A stretch of 64,000 nucleotides of DNA from positions 15,298 through 79,297 of the forward strand of contig DASURB010000024.1 in NCBI GenBank assembly GCA_036280235.1, read 5' to 3'. Under the pieces are notes generated by a model. It was not told where the DNA came from. It saw only the letters and a list, made by a program, of their open reading frames with translations, and made no database searches. Shown in pieces: positions 38,391 through 48,385 of the stretch. Position 1 is the stretch's first letter. Every line of letters begins with the position of its first letter. The position numbers and the translations under genes were made by a program. Source of the DNA: Nocardioides sp. (GTDB taxonomy: Bacteria > Actinomycetota > Actinomycetes > Propionibacteriales > Nocardioidaceae).

Positions 38391-39226
38391 GACAGTGCCT
38401 TCCTCTCGATGAGCCGGACGGACCCGTCGGCGACGAGCCCGAGGATCGCGTAGACGACGAGCCCGACGACGATGACGTCGGTCTGGCCGTAGTTGGACGC
38501 GAGCGTGATCATGTGGCCGATCCCGCTTGTGGAGTTGATCTGCTCGACGACCACGAGCGCGAGCAGCGCACTGGTGACCGCGAAGCGCAGGCCGAGCAGG
38601 AAGCCGGGCATCGCGCCGGGCAGGACGACGTGGCGAACGAACTCCCCGCGCGTCACGCCGGCGGTCTCCGCGAGCTCGGCGTAGCGGCCCTCGATGCTGC
38701 GCAGGCCGTTGTGCGTGTGGATGTAGACCGGGATCAGCACGCCGAGCGCGATCGTGATGACCTTCATCTCCTCGCCGATGCCGAACCACAGGATCAGCAG
38801 CGGGATCAGCGCGAGGGTCGGGATCGAGCGCTTGACCTGGACCGGCCCGTCGATGAACGCCTCCCCGACGCGGGACAGGCCGGAGACGACCGCGAGGACG
38901 GTGCCGGTGACCACGCCGAAGAGCAGGCCGAGGACCGCTCGTACGGCGGACGTGACGAGGCTGTCCTGCAGCCGGCCGCTCTCGACCAGGTCACGCGCGG
39001 TGGCCAGGACGGTCCACGGCTCCGACAGCGTGCGCGGGTCGATCAGGCCGGTGGCCGAGCCCGCGAACCACAGCGCCAGCAGGGCGAGCGGGCCGACGAC
39101 GTACCCCATCGGGATGCGGCGCCCCGGGCCGAGCCGGCGCCGGACCACCCGGTCGTCGACGGGCTCGAGGTCGGGCCGGCGGGTCCGCCGGCCGCCCTGG
39201 GTGGGTGGTGCTTCGAGCGTCGTCAC
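38366..39226 (-). CDS. ABC transporter permease (SsuC-like)
   Basis: IPLLILWFGIGE, VVLPGAMP, EQINSTSGIG. Confidence 0.9.
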   Translation of the reverse strand: MTTLEAPPTQGGRRTRRPDLEPVDDRVVRRRLGPGRRIPMGYVVGPLALLALWFAGSATGLIDPRTLSEPWTVLATARDLVESGRLQDSLVTSAVRAVLGLLFGVVTGTVLAVVSGLSRVGEAFIDGPVQVKRSIPTLALIPLLILWFGIGEEMKVITIALGVLIPVYIHTHNGLRSIEGRYAELAETAGVTRGEFVRHVVLPGAMPGFLLGLRFAVTSALLALVVVEQINSTSGIGHMITLASNYGQTDVIVVGLVVYAILGLVADGSVRLIERKALSWRRTLAG

Positions 39227-40329
39227 GAGGCATCACCGCCGTTCTCGGCCGCGTTCTCCTCGACGGCCTCGGCGATGGCCTCCTCGAAGCGACGGTCGTA
39301 GAGTTCCTCGACGTCGAGCGGCTCCTGGCCCTGCTCCTTCACGAGCAGGTCGACGGTCTCCTGGTGACGGGCGATGAACTCGTCCCAGCTGGTCGGCACC
39401 GCGAAGGTGCCCAGGGTCTTGACCACGAACTTCGCGTCCTCGGGCGAGAGGCCCTCGTGGTCGACGTAGTAGCCCTGCGCGAACTCGTCGGGGTGCTCCA
39501 CGATCCACTGCTGGGCCTTGGCCCACAGCCCGACGTACTCCTTCAGCGCGGCGGCCTTGTTGGCGTCCTGCACGGTCTCGACCGGGGCGTAGAGCGTCCA
39601 GGCGTCGTCGCGGACACCTGGCTTGATCGTGGAGGCCCCGTCGCGCTCGTACTTCGCGAGGTAGGTCTTCGTGAGCGTCTGGCCGAGCGGGGCCACGTCG
39701 ACCTGCTTGCTGGCCAGCGCGTTGACGTAGGAGTCGTCGACGCTGGTCATCTCCACCAGCTCGACGTCGTCCTGGGTGAGGCTGGCCTGCTTCAGCACGC
39801 GCAGGACGAGCGCGCCCTGGGCCTGGCCCGGGCTGTAGGCGATCTTCTTGCCCTTCAGGTCGCCCAGGCCGCGCACGTTGACGCCGGGCGCGACGCCGAG
39901 CTCGTACGTCGGGTGCTCGAGCGGGTCGACGGTCTCGCGCGCCGCGACGATCTTGACGTCGGTGCCGGTCCACTGCGCGAACAACGGCGGGATGTCGGCG
40001 ACGGCGCCGACATCGATCGCGTCCGCGCGGAACGCCTCGAGCGTCTTGGAGCCGCCGCTGATGTTGGCCCACTCGACCTCGACGTCGAGCTCGTCGATCA
40101 GGCCGGAGAGCTCGAGCGCGGTCTGGGTGGCCGGGTCACCGACGCGCAGCACGGTGCCCTCCTCGGCCTTGTCCGGTACGGCGGCGGTCAGCTCCAGCTG
40201 TGGTCCCTTCTCCTCCGCGCCGCAGCCGGTGAGGCCGACGACGCCGAGGAAGACGGCGATCGCGTACAGGACCACGAGAGGACGTGGCCGGCCCGCGAGG
40301 CGGGCCGGGCTGGTTCCGGGGGATGACAT
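39223..40329 (-). CDS. ABC substrate-binding lipoprotein (SsuA-like)
   Basis: Lipobox LTGC; DLKGKKIAY; first gene of the operon. Confidence 0.88.
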   Translation of the reverse strand: MSSPGTSPARLAGRPRPLVVLYAIAVFLGVVGLTGCGAEEKGPQLELTAAVPDKAEEGTVLRVGDPATQTALELSGLIDELDVEVEWANISGGSKTLEAFRADAIDVGAVADIPPLFAQWTGTDVKIVAARETVDPLEHPTYELGVAPGVNVRGLGDLKGKKIAYSPGQAQGALVLRVLKQASLTQDDVELVEMTSVDDSYVNALASKQVDVAPLGQTLTKTYLAKYERDGASTIKPGVRDDAWTLYAPVETVQDANKAAALKEYVGLWAKAQQWIVEHPDEFAQGYYVDHEGLSPEDAKFVVKTLGTFAVPTSWDEFIARHQETVDLLVKEQGQEPLDVEELYDRRFEEAIAEAVEENAAENGGDAS

Positions 40330-40543
40330 GGGGGACTCCTCGGGACGTTGTTCTCAGTAAGTCACCTAAATTACTACACTAAAGATCCGGCGCAACCCGG
40401 GCATCTCAGAACCCGGGCGCGTCGCCCGGCCTCCTCCCCCGGCCGGTCAGACCGTTCGTGGTCTGGGAGGTTCCGCAAACCCGGCCGGGTTCCTACGCTG
40501 AGGAACAGGTCGGCGACCCCGCCGACGGTCGGGAGCAACGCTC

Positions 40544-41338
40544 ATGGCATCCACACGTTCCACGTCCAAAGCGGGCACGGCCACGACCGAGCCCACCACC
40601 ACGAACCGTCTCGCCGCGGAGTTCCTCGGAACCTTCGTGCTGGTCCTCGGGGGCTGCGGCTCGGCCGTCCTGGCCGCCGTGTTCCTCAACGACGACGACC
40701 TGCAGCTCGGGATCGGCTTCCTCGGCGTCGCACTCGCGTTCGGCCTGACCGTGACGACGATGGCCTACGCCGTCGGGCACGTGTCGGGCGGGCACTTCAA
40801 CCCCGCGGTGACGCTGGGTCTGGCCGCCTCGCGACGGTTCGCGTGGCGCGACTGCGGCGGTTACATCGTCACCCAGGTGGTCGCCGCGATCGTCGCGGCC
40901 GCCGTCCTCTACGTGATCGCGTCAGGGGTCGACGGGTTCTCCGCGAGCGAGACGGGTTTCGCCACCAACGGGTACGGCGACCGCTCCCCCGGCGGCTACA
41001 GCCTTCTCGCGTGCCTGGTGGCCGAGGTCGTGATGACCGCGGTGTTCCTGTTCGTCATCCTCGGCGTCACCGACACCCGGGCGCCCAAAGGCTTCGCCCC
41101 GCTGGCGATCGGCCTCTCGCTCACCCTGATCCACCTGGTGATCATCCCGGTCACCAACACGTCGGTGAACCCGGCGCGGTCGATCGGGCCGGCGCTGTTC
41201 GCGGGCGGCGACGCGATCGCGCAACTGTGGCTGTTCATCCTCGCCCCGATCGCGGGGGCGCTGATCGCAGGGTTCAGCTACGCCGTGCTGCTGGGGCAGG
41301 GTCCGTCGGCCCCGCTCGAGGAGGCGACCGCCGGCTGA
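40544..41338 (+). CDS. aqpZ: Aquaporin Z
   Basis: [34 protein letters not shown]. Confidence 0.93.
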   Translation: MASTRSTSKAGTATTEPTTTNRLAAEFLGTFVLVLGGCGSAVLAAVFLNDDDLQLGIGFLGVALAFGLTVTTMAYAVGHVSGGHFNPAVTLGLAASRRFAWRDCGGYIVTQVVAAIVAAAVLYVIASGVDGFSASETGFATNGYGDRSPGGYSLLACLVAEVVMTAVFLFVILGVTDTRAPKGFAPLAIGLSLTLIHLVIIPVTNTSVNPARSIGPALFAGGDAIAQLWLFILAPIAGALIAGFSYAVLLGQGPSAPLEEATAG

Positions 41339-41365
41339 GCCCTGCCGGGCCGAAGCAGGTCGTGG

Positions 41366-42661
41366 CTAGCGCCGGCGCGCCCACGGGGTCGGCGACCAGA
41401 TCAGCGCGTCGCCGACCTTGCGCTGGGTGCTGCCGCTGACCGAGTTGGCGAGGGCGCCGTTGACGACCATGGTGGTCGAGCCGCCGCCATCGAGGTTGAT
41501 CGCGTTGGTCAGCCCGAGGGCGAGCGCCACCTGGGCGGTCTCGCGCAGCCCGGCCCCGACGCTCGTCGGTTGCCGGCCGTCGATGGTGACGATGCCGATC
41601 TGGCCGGCGTCGGTGCGGCCCACGAACGTGCGCGGGTGCCGCATGAACAACGACGTGTCGCCGCGCGGGACGACCGCCACGCCGTCACGGGTGAGCGTGA
41701 AGCGTCCGTTGACGCCGTACATCCACGGCCCGGTGGGCACCCGCTTGCCGAGCGGGTCGTAGAGCCGCATCGTGCTGCGCAGGCAGGCCTTGCGCTCGCC
41801 CTGGTTTTTCTTCGGGGCGCTGATGGTCCAGAGCCGCTTGCTCTGCTTGCCGGTCGCCTGGATCGAGGTCTGCACCGGCTTCAGGGTCGTGCCGCGGCTC
41901 TTCTCGCGACGCACCACGCAGCCCTTGCGGCCGACGACGACCTCGACGCCCTTCCCCGAGGGGGTGGTCTCGCTGAACTGCGCGGGCAGCCTGACGACGT
42001 CGCCCGAGAGCTTGCAGCGGGTGGGGTCCTTCTTCTTCGTGCACTTCGCGACCGGCGGGTGACCGAGGAACTCGATCTTCATGCCCTTGCCGGAACGCTT
42101 GTTGACCATGCGCTCCTTCCACGACAGCTTGCCGGGGAACGAGACCTGGTTGGTGCGCGCGTCGACGAGCATCGACACCTCGGCGGTGCCGGTGCTGGGC
42201 TCACTGAGCAGCTGTCCGCCGTACAGGCCGAGGCCGACCGGGTCGCCGGGGAAGGAACTGCTTGCAGTGAAGGTGAAGTACGACGCGTTGACCGCGACCA
42301 TCGCGCCGGACCACGCCGCGAGCTCGCTGACCGTCTCGGTCGGGGCGAGCGTCGGTCCGTACGTCGCCTGCAGGCTGCCCGAGGCGACCGCGGGGTCGAT
42401 GGTCACCATGCGCACGCGCCACGGACCCTTGCGGGTCGACTGGTAGTTCTTCGGCTTCGCCGTGCCCTCGCCGCGCACGATGTCGGTGAGCGTCACGCCG
42501 GGCGCGAGCTCGGTGACCGTGCGGGACTCGGGCAGGTCCGGGTCACCGAGCGGAAGGCCGGTGTCCTTGGACTGGGCGGGCGCCGCGGTCAGCGTCGCGG
42601 CCACCAGGGCGGTGACTCCGACGGCAACGGCTGCAGGACGGACGCGGGATCGTCGCACCAC
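41366..42661 (-). CDS. Secreted phosphodiester glycosidase (NAGPA family)
   Basis: Signal peptide; AVNASYF, HPRTFVG, TIDGR, NLDGGGST. Confidence 0.88.
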   Translation of the reverse strand: MVRRSRVRPAAVAVGVTALVAATLTAAPAQSKDTGLPLGDPDLPESRTVTELAPGVTLTDIVRGEGTAKPKNYQSTRKGPWRVRMVTIDPAVASGSLQATYGPTLAPTETVSELAAWSGAMVAVNASYFTFTASSSFPGDPVGLGLYGGQLLSEPSTGTAEVSMLVDARTNQVSFPGKLSWKERMVNKRSGKGMKIEFLGHPPVAKCTKKKDPTRCKLSGDVVRLPAQFSETTPSGKGVEVVVGRKGCVVRREKSRGTTLKPVQTSIQATGKQSKRLWTISAPKKNQGERKACLRSTMRLYDPLGKRVPTGPWMYGVNGRFTLTRDGVAVVPRGDTSLFMRHPRTFVGRTDAGQIGIVTIDGRQPTSVGAGLRETAQVALALGLTNAINLDGGGSTTMVVNGALANSVSGSTQRKVGDALIWSPTPWARRR

Positions 42662-42750
42662 GATCTACTCCCCCGGGGTGTAGCTGGACACGGAAGTAAA
42701 GAGTGTGACCCATGAGACGGGGGTGACGCGACACCGACCCCGGATCGGCG

Positions 42751-42786
42751 GGTCGCTCGGGTCGCTCTGGTCGCTCGGGCCGCTCT
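42751..42786. repeat. Four tandem 9-bp repeats GG(T/C)CGCTC(G/T)
   Basis: GGTCGCTCG GGTCGCTCT GGTCGCTCG GGCCGCTCT in a divergent intergenic region. Confidence 0.7.
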
Positions 42787-42799
42787 GGGCCCCATTCGT

Positions 42800-42825
42800 C
42801 TCAGAATCCGCCGGTCCCCGCCGAT
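42800..42825 (+). promoter_or_regulatory. Sigma-28 (FliA/WhiG)-type promoter CTCA-N16-GCCGAT
   Basis: Matches the actinobacterial FliA-family consensus CTCA-N15-17-GCCGAW; 34 nt upstream of the ATG. Confidence 0.6.
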
Positions 42826-42859
42826 CTCAGCGGCAAGGGGAGCCGGGAGGAGCCGAAGG

Positions 42860-44821
42860 ATGGTCAGGTCGCGCCGTCGCGCGCACAAGGGCACGACGCT
42901 GCTTGCCATCTACGCGGCCGCCAGCCTTGTCCCGGTGGTCGGGCTGGGCGTGGTGCTCACGCAGGGCTACCACGACGCCGGCGTCACCCGCGCGCTCGAC
43001 CAGGGCCGGGCCCAGGCGGCGGTCATCGAGCAGATGGCGATCGCGCCGGCACTGACCGAAGCGGACCTGCCGCGGGGGCTCACACAGACGGAGACGTACA
43101 AGCTGGACAGCGCCGTGGAGCTTGCGGCGACCCACGGAACAGTGCTGCACCTGCGCATCGCCGACTTCCAGGGCCGCGTCGTGTTCTCCGAGGACAGGCG
43201 GGCCCGCCAGCTTCGCGTCACGGACCCGCTGTTCCAGCAGGCCAAGTCGGGCGAGTCGGCCGCGACGATCGTTCCAGCCAAGACTGACCAAGAGTCGGCG
43301 ATCCGCGTCGTGCAGCAGGTCGTCCCCGAGGCCAACGGCCGCGCGCTCGGCGTGCTCGAGGTGTACCTCCCTTACGACGCGATCGCGGAGCAGGTCGCCG
43401 CCGACACCCGCCAGGCGATCTGGCGGCTGGTGATCGGGCTCGTCGGGCTGTACGCCGTGCTCGGCCTGATCTCCTGGTGGACCACGCGCGCACTGGGCCG
43501 GCACGCGGCCGAGCGGGAGCACCAGTCCTTGCACGACCCGCTGACCGGCCTCGGCAACCGCGAGCTGTTCCGGCGGGCCGCGGAGCGCGCCGTCGAGCGG
43601 TCCGGCGAGCCGGGCGCGCTCGTGCTCGTCGACCTCGACCGGTTCAAGGAGGTCAACGACACGTTCGGCCACCATGCCGGCGACGAGCTGCTGCAGGTCG
43701 TCGCGCGCCGCCTGCGCGACAGCCTGCGCACCGACGACGTCGTCGCGCGGCTCGGCGGCGACGAGTTCGGCATCCTGCTGCCCGGCGAGTCCGACCGGGT
43801 GGCGACCGTCGAGCTCCTCGGCCGGGTCCGCGACGCGGTCGCCGAGGAGATGACCATCGACGACGTGACGCTGACCGTCGACGCGAGCTTCGGGGTGTGC
43901 TTCTTCCCCGCCGACGCCGACACCGTCGAGGACCTGCTGAAGAACGCCGACGCCGCGATGTACCACGGCAAGCACGGCCCCACGGGCGTCGTCGTCTACG
44001 AGGAGTCCGCGGCGCGGCCCGCGACCGACTCCCTGGTGCTCCAGCGCGAGCTGCGCAGCGCGATCACCGACGGCCAGCTGCTGCTGCGCTACCAGCCCAA
44101 GCTGCACCTCAGCACCGGCGAGGTCAGCTGCGTCGAGGCGCTCGCGCGCTGGGACCACCCGACCCGCGGCCTGCTGCCGCCGGTCGACTTCGTGCCTCTC
44201 GCCGAGCGCAGCGACCTGATCGAGCCGCTCACGCGCTGGGTGCTGCGCCAGGCGCTCACCGACTGCGCGCGGTGGGCCGCGTCCGGCCAGCCGTGGGCGG
44301 TCGCGGTCAACGTGTCGGCGCGCAACCTCGCCTCGCTCGACTTCGTCGGCACCGTGCGCGACGCACTGGCCGCGGCCGACCTACCCCCGTCGCGGCTGTA
44401 CCTCGAGATCACCGAGACGGCAGTGGCGTTCGACGCCGGCCAGGTCCGCGACGTCGTCGAGGCTCTCGCCGACCTCGGCGTCGCGGTGTCGGTCGACGAC
44501 TTCGGCGTCGGCTACACCGGCCTGTCGCAGCTGCGGGCGATGTCGATCCGCGAGATCAAGATCGACCGCGCGTTCATCGCGCACCTCGAGGACAGCCAGC
44601 AGGACCGGGCGATCGTCGCGTCCGTGATCGACCTCGCGCACGGCCTCGGCTGCACCGTCACCGCCGAGGGCGTCGAGACCCAGGAGGTCGCCGACTGGCT
44701 CGCGGACGCGGGCTGCGACCACGGCCAGGGCTACCTCTGGCTGCGCCCCTCCTCGTGGGAGGACATCGTCCCCGCCGGCGAGGCCTCCGGCACCGCCCTG
44801 CCCATCGGCCCCGCCACCTGA
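42860..44821 (+). CDS. Membrane GGDEF-EAL diguanylate cyclase/phosphodiesterase
   Basis: 2 TM, HDPLTGL, RLGGDEF, VEALARW, DDFGVG, EIKIDR, AEGVE. Confidence 0.93.
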   Translation: MVRSRRRAHKGTTLLAIYAAASLVPVVGLGVVLTQGYHDAGVTRALDQGRAQAAVIEQMAIAPALTEADLPRGLTQTETYKLDSAVELAATHGTVLHLRIADFQGRVVFSEDRRARQLRVTDPLFQQAKSGESAATIVPAKTDQESAIRVVQQVVPEANGRALGVLEVYLPYDAIAEQVAADTRQAIWRLVIGLVGLYAVLGLISWWTTRALGRHAAEREHQSLHDPLTGLGNRELFRRAAERAVERSGEPGALVLVDLDRFKEVNDTFGHHAGDELLQVVARRLRDSLRTDDVVARLGGDEFGILLPGESDRVATVELLGRVRDAVAEEMTIDDVTLTVDASFGVCFFPADADTVEDLLKNADAAMYHGKHGPTGVVVYEESAARPATDSLVLQRELRSAITDGQLLLRYQPKLHLSTGEVSCVEALARWDHPTRGLLPPVDFVPLAERSDLIEPLTRWVLRQALTDCARWAASGQPWAVAVNVSARNLASLDFVGTVRDALAAADLPPSRLYLEITETAVAFDAGQVRDVVEALADLGVAVSVDDFGVGYTGLSQLRAMSIREIKIDRAFIAHLEDSQQDRAIVASVIDLAHGLGCTVTAEGVETQEVADWLADAGCDHGQGYLWLRPSSWEDIVPAGEASGTALPIGPAT

Positions 44822-44865
44822 CCGCCGCCCACCCTGACCCGCCACTGTTGAGAAGGGCCGCACCC

Positions 44866-45759
44866 ATGCCCCGCACCGCGCTGACCCGGTTCGCCGTCGC
44901 CCTGCTGCCCGCCCTGCTCCTCGCGGGCTGCTCCGCCGCGGGCTCCGAGAACGAGGCCGGACAAGGCCCGCGCCTCGAGGTCGACCAGGAGCTGCACGAG
45001 ATGCTCCCCGACGGGGTCCGCGAGCGCGGCAGCCTGCGCGTGGGGACCGACGCGTCGTACGCCCCGATGTCGTCGTACGGCGAGGACGGCCGCACGATCG
45101 TCGGGGTGGAGCCCGACCTCGGGAAGGCGCTCGGTCAGGTGCTCGGCGTGAAGGTCGTGTTCCAGCCGGTCGACTTCACCGCGATCATCCCCGGGGTGCA
45201 GGCCGGCACGCTCGACCTCGGCATGTCCGCGATGACCGACACCGAGCAGCGCGCCGAGCACGTCGACTTCGTGAACTACTTCAGCGCCGGCACGTCGATC
45301 CTGGTGCAGCGCGGCAACCCCGCCGGCATCACCGAGATCAACGACCTGTGCGGCAAGGTCGTCGCGGTCGAGAAGGGCACCACGCAGGTCGACCTGCTCG
45401 ACCGCTCGCAGGCCAACTGCGGGCCGGAGAAGATCGACGTACGCACCTACAGCACCAACTCCGACGCGCTCGTGCAGCTGCGCACCGGCCGCGCGGCCGC
45501 CGTCCTCAACGACCTGCCGCCGGCCGCGCTGCTTGTCACCGACCCCACGACGAAGGCGAACTACCAGCTCGCCTCGACGAACCAGTACGAGCCAGGGCTG
45601 TACGGCGTCGCCGTCGACAAGCAGGAGCCCGGTCTGCGCGACGCCGTGCAGGGCGCGTTCGAGGTGCTGGTCGAGGAGGGCGTGTACGCCGACGTCCTCG
45701 CCGAGTGGGGCGTCGAGGACGGCGCCATCAAGGACGTGACGGTCAACTCCGGGCGCTGA
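44866..45759 (+). CDS. Polar amino acid-type substrate-binding lipoprotein (no adjacent permease)
   Basis: Lipobox LAGC; GTDASYAP, SAMTDT..R, DLCGK. Confidence 0.88.
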   Translation: MPRTALTRFAVALLPALLLAGCSAAGSENEAGQGPRLEVDQELHEMLPDGVRERGSLRVGTDASYAPMSSYGEDGRTIVGVEPDLGKALGQVLGVKVVFQPVDFTAIIPGVQAGTLDLGMSAMTDTEQRAEHVDFVNYFSAGTSILVQRGNPAGITEINDLCGKVVAVEKGTTQVDLLDRSQANCGPEKIDVRTYSTNSDALVQLRTGRAAAVLNDLPPAALLVTDPTTKANYQLASTNQYEPGLYGVAVDKQEPGLRDAVQGAFEVLVEEGVYADVLAEWGVEDGAIKDVTVNSGR

Positions 45760-47818
45760 CCCGGCGCGGCCACCAGAACCGGTCGCCCAGCAGCACGCCG
45801 AGCGCCGGTACGACGACCGTCCGCACCAGCAGCGTGTCGAGCAGGACGCCGACGCAGATGACCACGCCGAGCTGGGCGAGCACAACCAGCGGCAGCACGC
45901 CGAGCACCGCGAACACGGCGGCCAGCAGCACGCCGGCGCTGGTGATCACGCCACCGGTGACGCCGAGCGCGCGCAGCATGCCGCGCGCGGCCCCGTGCTC
46001 GCGGGACTCCTCGGCCGCCCGGGTGACGAGGAAGATGTTGTAGTCGACGCCGAGCGCGACGAGGAAGAGGAACGCGAACAGCGGCACGCTCACGTCGAGC
46101 GCGTCGAAGCCGAGCACCGACACGAAGATCCACCACGACGCACCCAGTGCCGCGACATAGGTCGCCAGCACGGTCAGCACGAGCAGGACCGGCGCCACCA
46201 GCGAGCGCAGCAGCAGACCGAGCGCGAGGAGCACCAGCCCCGCGATGAGCGGCAGGATCACCAGCCGGTCGCGGGCGGCCGAGTCGCGCTCGTCGACCGC
46301 CTCGGCGTCGGTGCCGCCGACGTAGGTCTCGTCGACATCGGCCAGCGCCTCGCGCATCTCGACGACCGCGGCCTCGGCCTCGTCGCTGCCGGACGCCACG
46401 GACAGCACGACGTCGACACGGCTGAGGCCCCGGTCCTGGGCGGTGACCATGCTCGACTGCACGACGTCCAGCGGCTCCAGCGCCTCGCGCACCTCGCCGG
46501 GCTCGGCGCGGGTGAGCACCTGCACCGGGTCGGTGCTGCCCGCCGGGAACGACTCACCGAGGCGCTCGGCGGCCGCGATCGACTCGGGCTTGTCGAGGAA
46601 CTGGTCGGACGTCCCGAGGCCGCTGTCGATCCGGAAGATCCCGGTGGCCAGCGCCGCCAGCAGCACGGCCGAGGAGGCGAGGAGGACGACCGGCCGGCGC
46701 GCGACCACGGTGCCGACGCGCCCCCACAGCGTGCGGCTCTCGACGAGCTGGGCCTGCCCGACGCGCGGCACTTTCGGCCAGAACACCCAGCGCCCGAACA
46801 CCACCAGCGCGGCCGGCAGCACGACGAGTGCGAAGAACGCGGCGACGACGACACCGACCGCGCACGCCAGGCCGAGTCCTCGCGTCGACGGCACGACCGA
46901 CAGCAGCAGGGTGAGCAGGCCCAGCACGACCGTGGTCGCGCTGGACAGCACCGCTTCCGCCGTACGACGGAGGGCGGTGGCCATCGCCGCGAACCGGTCG
47001 CGCTCAGTGCGCAGCTCGTCGCGGTAGCGGGAGATCAGCAGCAGGGCGTAGTCGGTGCCGGCGCCGAACACCAGCACGGACAGGATGCCGACGGTCGACT
47101 CGTCCCACGACACGTTCGCGAGCGCGAGCGTGTGGGTGGCGGCGGCCGCAGCGAGGCGGTCCGCGACGGCGACGACGGTGAGCGGGATCAGCCACAGGAT
47201 CGGGCTGCGGTAGGTGATCAGCAGCAGGATCGCCACGACCGTGGCGGTGGCCAGCAGCAGGTCGAGGTCGGCGCCCTGGAAGACCGCGGCGAGGTCGGCC
47301 TGCACCGCCGCCGGGCCGGTGACCGCGACGTCGACGCCGTCGGGGGTGTCGGACCGCAGCGTCGCGCGCAGCTCCTTCACGCGGTCCGCGTTGTCGGTGG
47401 CGCTCCCACCGGGCAGCGTGAGGATGCCGACCGCGGCGGTGCCGTCGTCGCTGGGTTGCGGCGGCGGGCCCTGCTCGAGGCGCAGCTCGTCGCGAACCTG
47501 CTCGAGCACACCCGCGAGCCGGGCCACCTGGTCGCGGCGGAGCTCGCCCTCCTCCGCCGTCCACAGCGCGACAGCCGTCGAGGCGTCCTGCGTAGGCAGC
47601 CGCTCCTGGAGCTCGACCGCGTGCGTGCTGTCGTAGCCGGCCGGCAGCTGGTCGAGGGGGCCCGGGTCGCGCTCGGCCTCGCCGATCCCGAACGCCACGA
47701 ACCCGCCGAGCGCCAGCATGATGAGCGCGACCGCCCACGCGGTGCGCCGCCCGGCGATCACCCCGGCCACCCCGGCTGACCCAGCCGCCGGTCCCCGACC
47801 CTCATGGCGTACCGACAT
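45743..47818 (-). CDS. MMPL/RND family transporter
   Basis: VTGPAA, GAGTDYALLLISRYRDE, ALGVDYNIFL, GGVITSAG. Confidence 0.92.
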   Translation of the reverse strand: MSVRHEGRGPAAGSAGVAGVIAGRRTAWAVALIMLALGGFVAFGIGEAERDPGPLDQLPAGYDSTHAVELQERLPTQDASTAVALWTAEEGELRRDQVARLAGVLEQVRDELRLEQGPPPQPSDDGTAAVGILTLPGGSATDNADRVKELRATLRSDTPDGVDVAVTGPAAVQADLAAVFQGADLDLLLATATVVAILLLITYRSPILWLIPLTVVAVADRLAAAAATHTLALANVSWDESTVGILSVLVFGAGTDYALLLISRYRDELRTERDRFAAMATALRRTAEAVLSSATTVVLGLLTLLLSVVPSTRGLGLACAVGVVVAAFFALVVLPAALVVFGRWVFWPKVPRVGQAQLVESRTLWGRVGTVVARRPVVLLASSAVLLAALATGIFRIDSGLGTSDQFLDKPESIAAAERLGESFPAGSTDPVQVLTRAEPGEVREALEPLDVVQSSMVTAQDRGLSRVDVVLSVASGSDEAEAAVVEMREALADVDETYVGGTDAEAVDERDSAARDRLVILPLIAGLVLLALGLLLRSLVAPVLLVLTVLATYVAALGASWWIFVSVLGFDALDVSVPLFAFLFLVALGVDYNIFLVTRAAEESREHGAARGMLRALGVTGGVITSAGVLLAAVFAVLGVLPLVVLAQLGVVICVGVLLDTLLVRTVVVPALGVLLGDRFWWPRRVSARS

Positions 47819-47842
47819 CCGCCCCTCCACCCCTGACGTAAG

Positions 47843-47861
47843 TTGTTAGATCAGTTAGCAA
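47843..47861. promoter_or_regulatory. Probable MarR operator
   Basis: AT-rich imperfect palindrome TTGTTAGATCAGTTAGCAA between divergent mmpL and marR genes. Confidence 0.45.
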
Positions 47862-47878
47862 TCAGAGAAGGTACAGAG

Positions 47879-48361
47879 GTGACCCAAGACCGGCGTCGGC
47901 TCAGCGGCGACGTGGACGACTACCACGACGACTGGGGTGCGTCCGAGAGCCTCCAGGCGCTTCGCGACCTGACCGGCGCCGCGAGCGCCGCGCGTCCCGC
48001 GCTCGCCCGCCGCGCCGGCATGAGCCACTCGGAGCTCGTCGCGCTCGAGCACCTGTTCACCTCTCCCCTGGGCCCCGCCGACCTGGGGCGGCGGCTGGGC
48101 GTGACGACGGCCGCCTCGACGACGATCGTCGACCGGCTCGTCGAGCGCGGCCACGTACGCCGTACCCCGCACCCGACGGACAGACGCCGCACCGTCGTCG
48201 AGCTGACCGACTCCGGCCGGCGCGAGGTGCTCACCCACCTGCTGCCGATGTTCCGCGAGGTCGAGGAGCTCGACGCCGGCCTCAGCGACGAGGAGCGGGA
48301 GATCGTGACCCGCTACCTGCGACGCGCCACACGCGCGCTCCGCCTGCTCACCCTGGACTGA
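47879..48361 (+). CDS. MarR family regulator
   Basis: LGVTTAASTTIVDRLVERGHV, DRR..LT..G. Confidence 0.9.
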   Translation: MTQDRRRLSGDVDDYHDDWGASESLQALRDLTGAASAARPALARRAGMSHSELVALEHLFTSPLGPADLGRRLGVTTAASTTIVDRLVERGHVRRTPHPTDRRRTVVELTDSGRREVLTHLLPMFREVEELDAGLSDEEREIVTRYLRRATRALRLLTLD

Positions 48362-48385
48362 CGGGCAGGGTCCTCGTAGGGGCCT

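Noticed and set aside
42751-42786. Tandem repeats as a CRISPR array
   Set aside because: 9-bp units with no spacers and no cas genes; no CRISPR-like repeat-spacer pattern seen anywhere in the window
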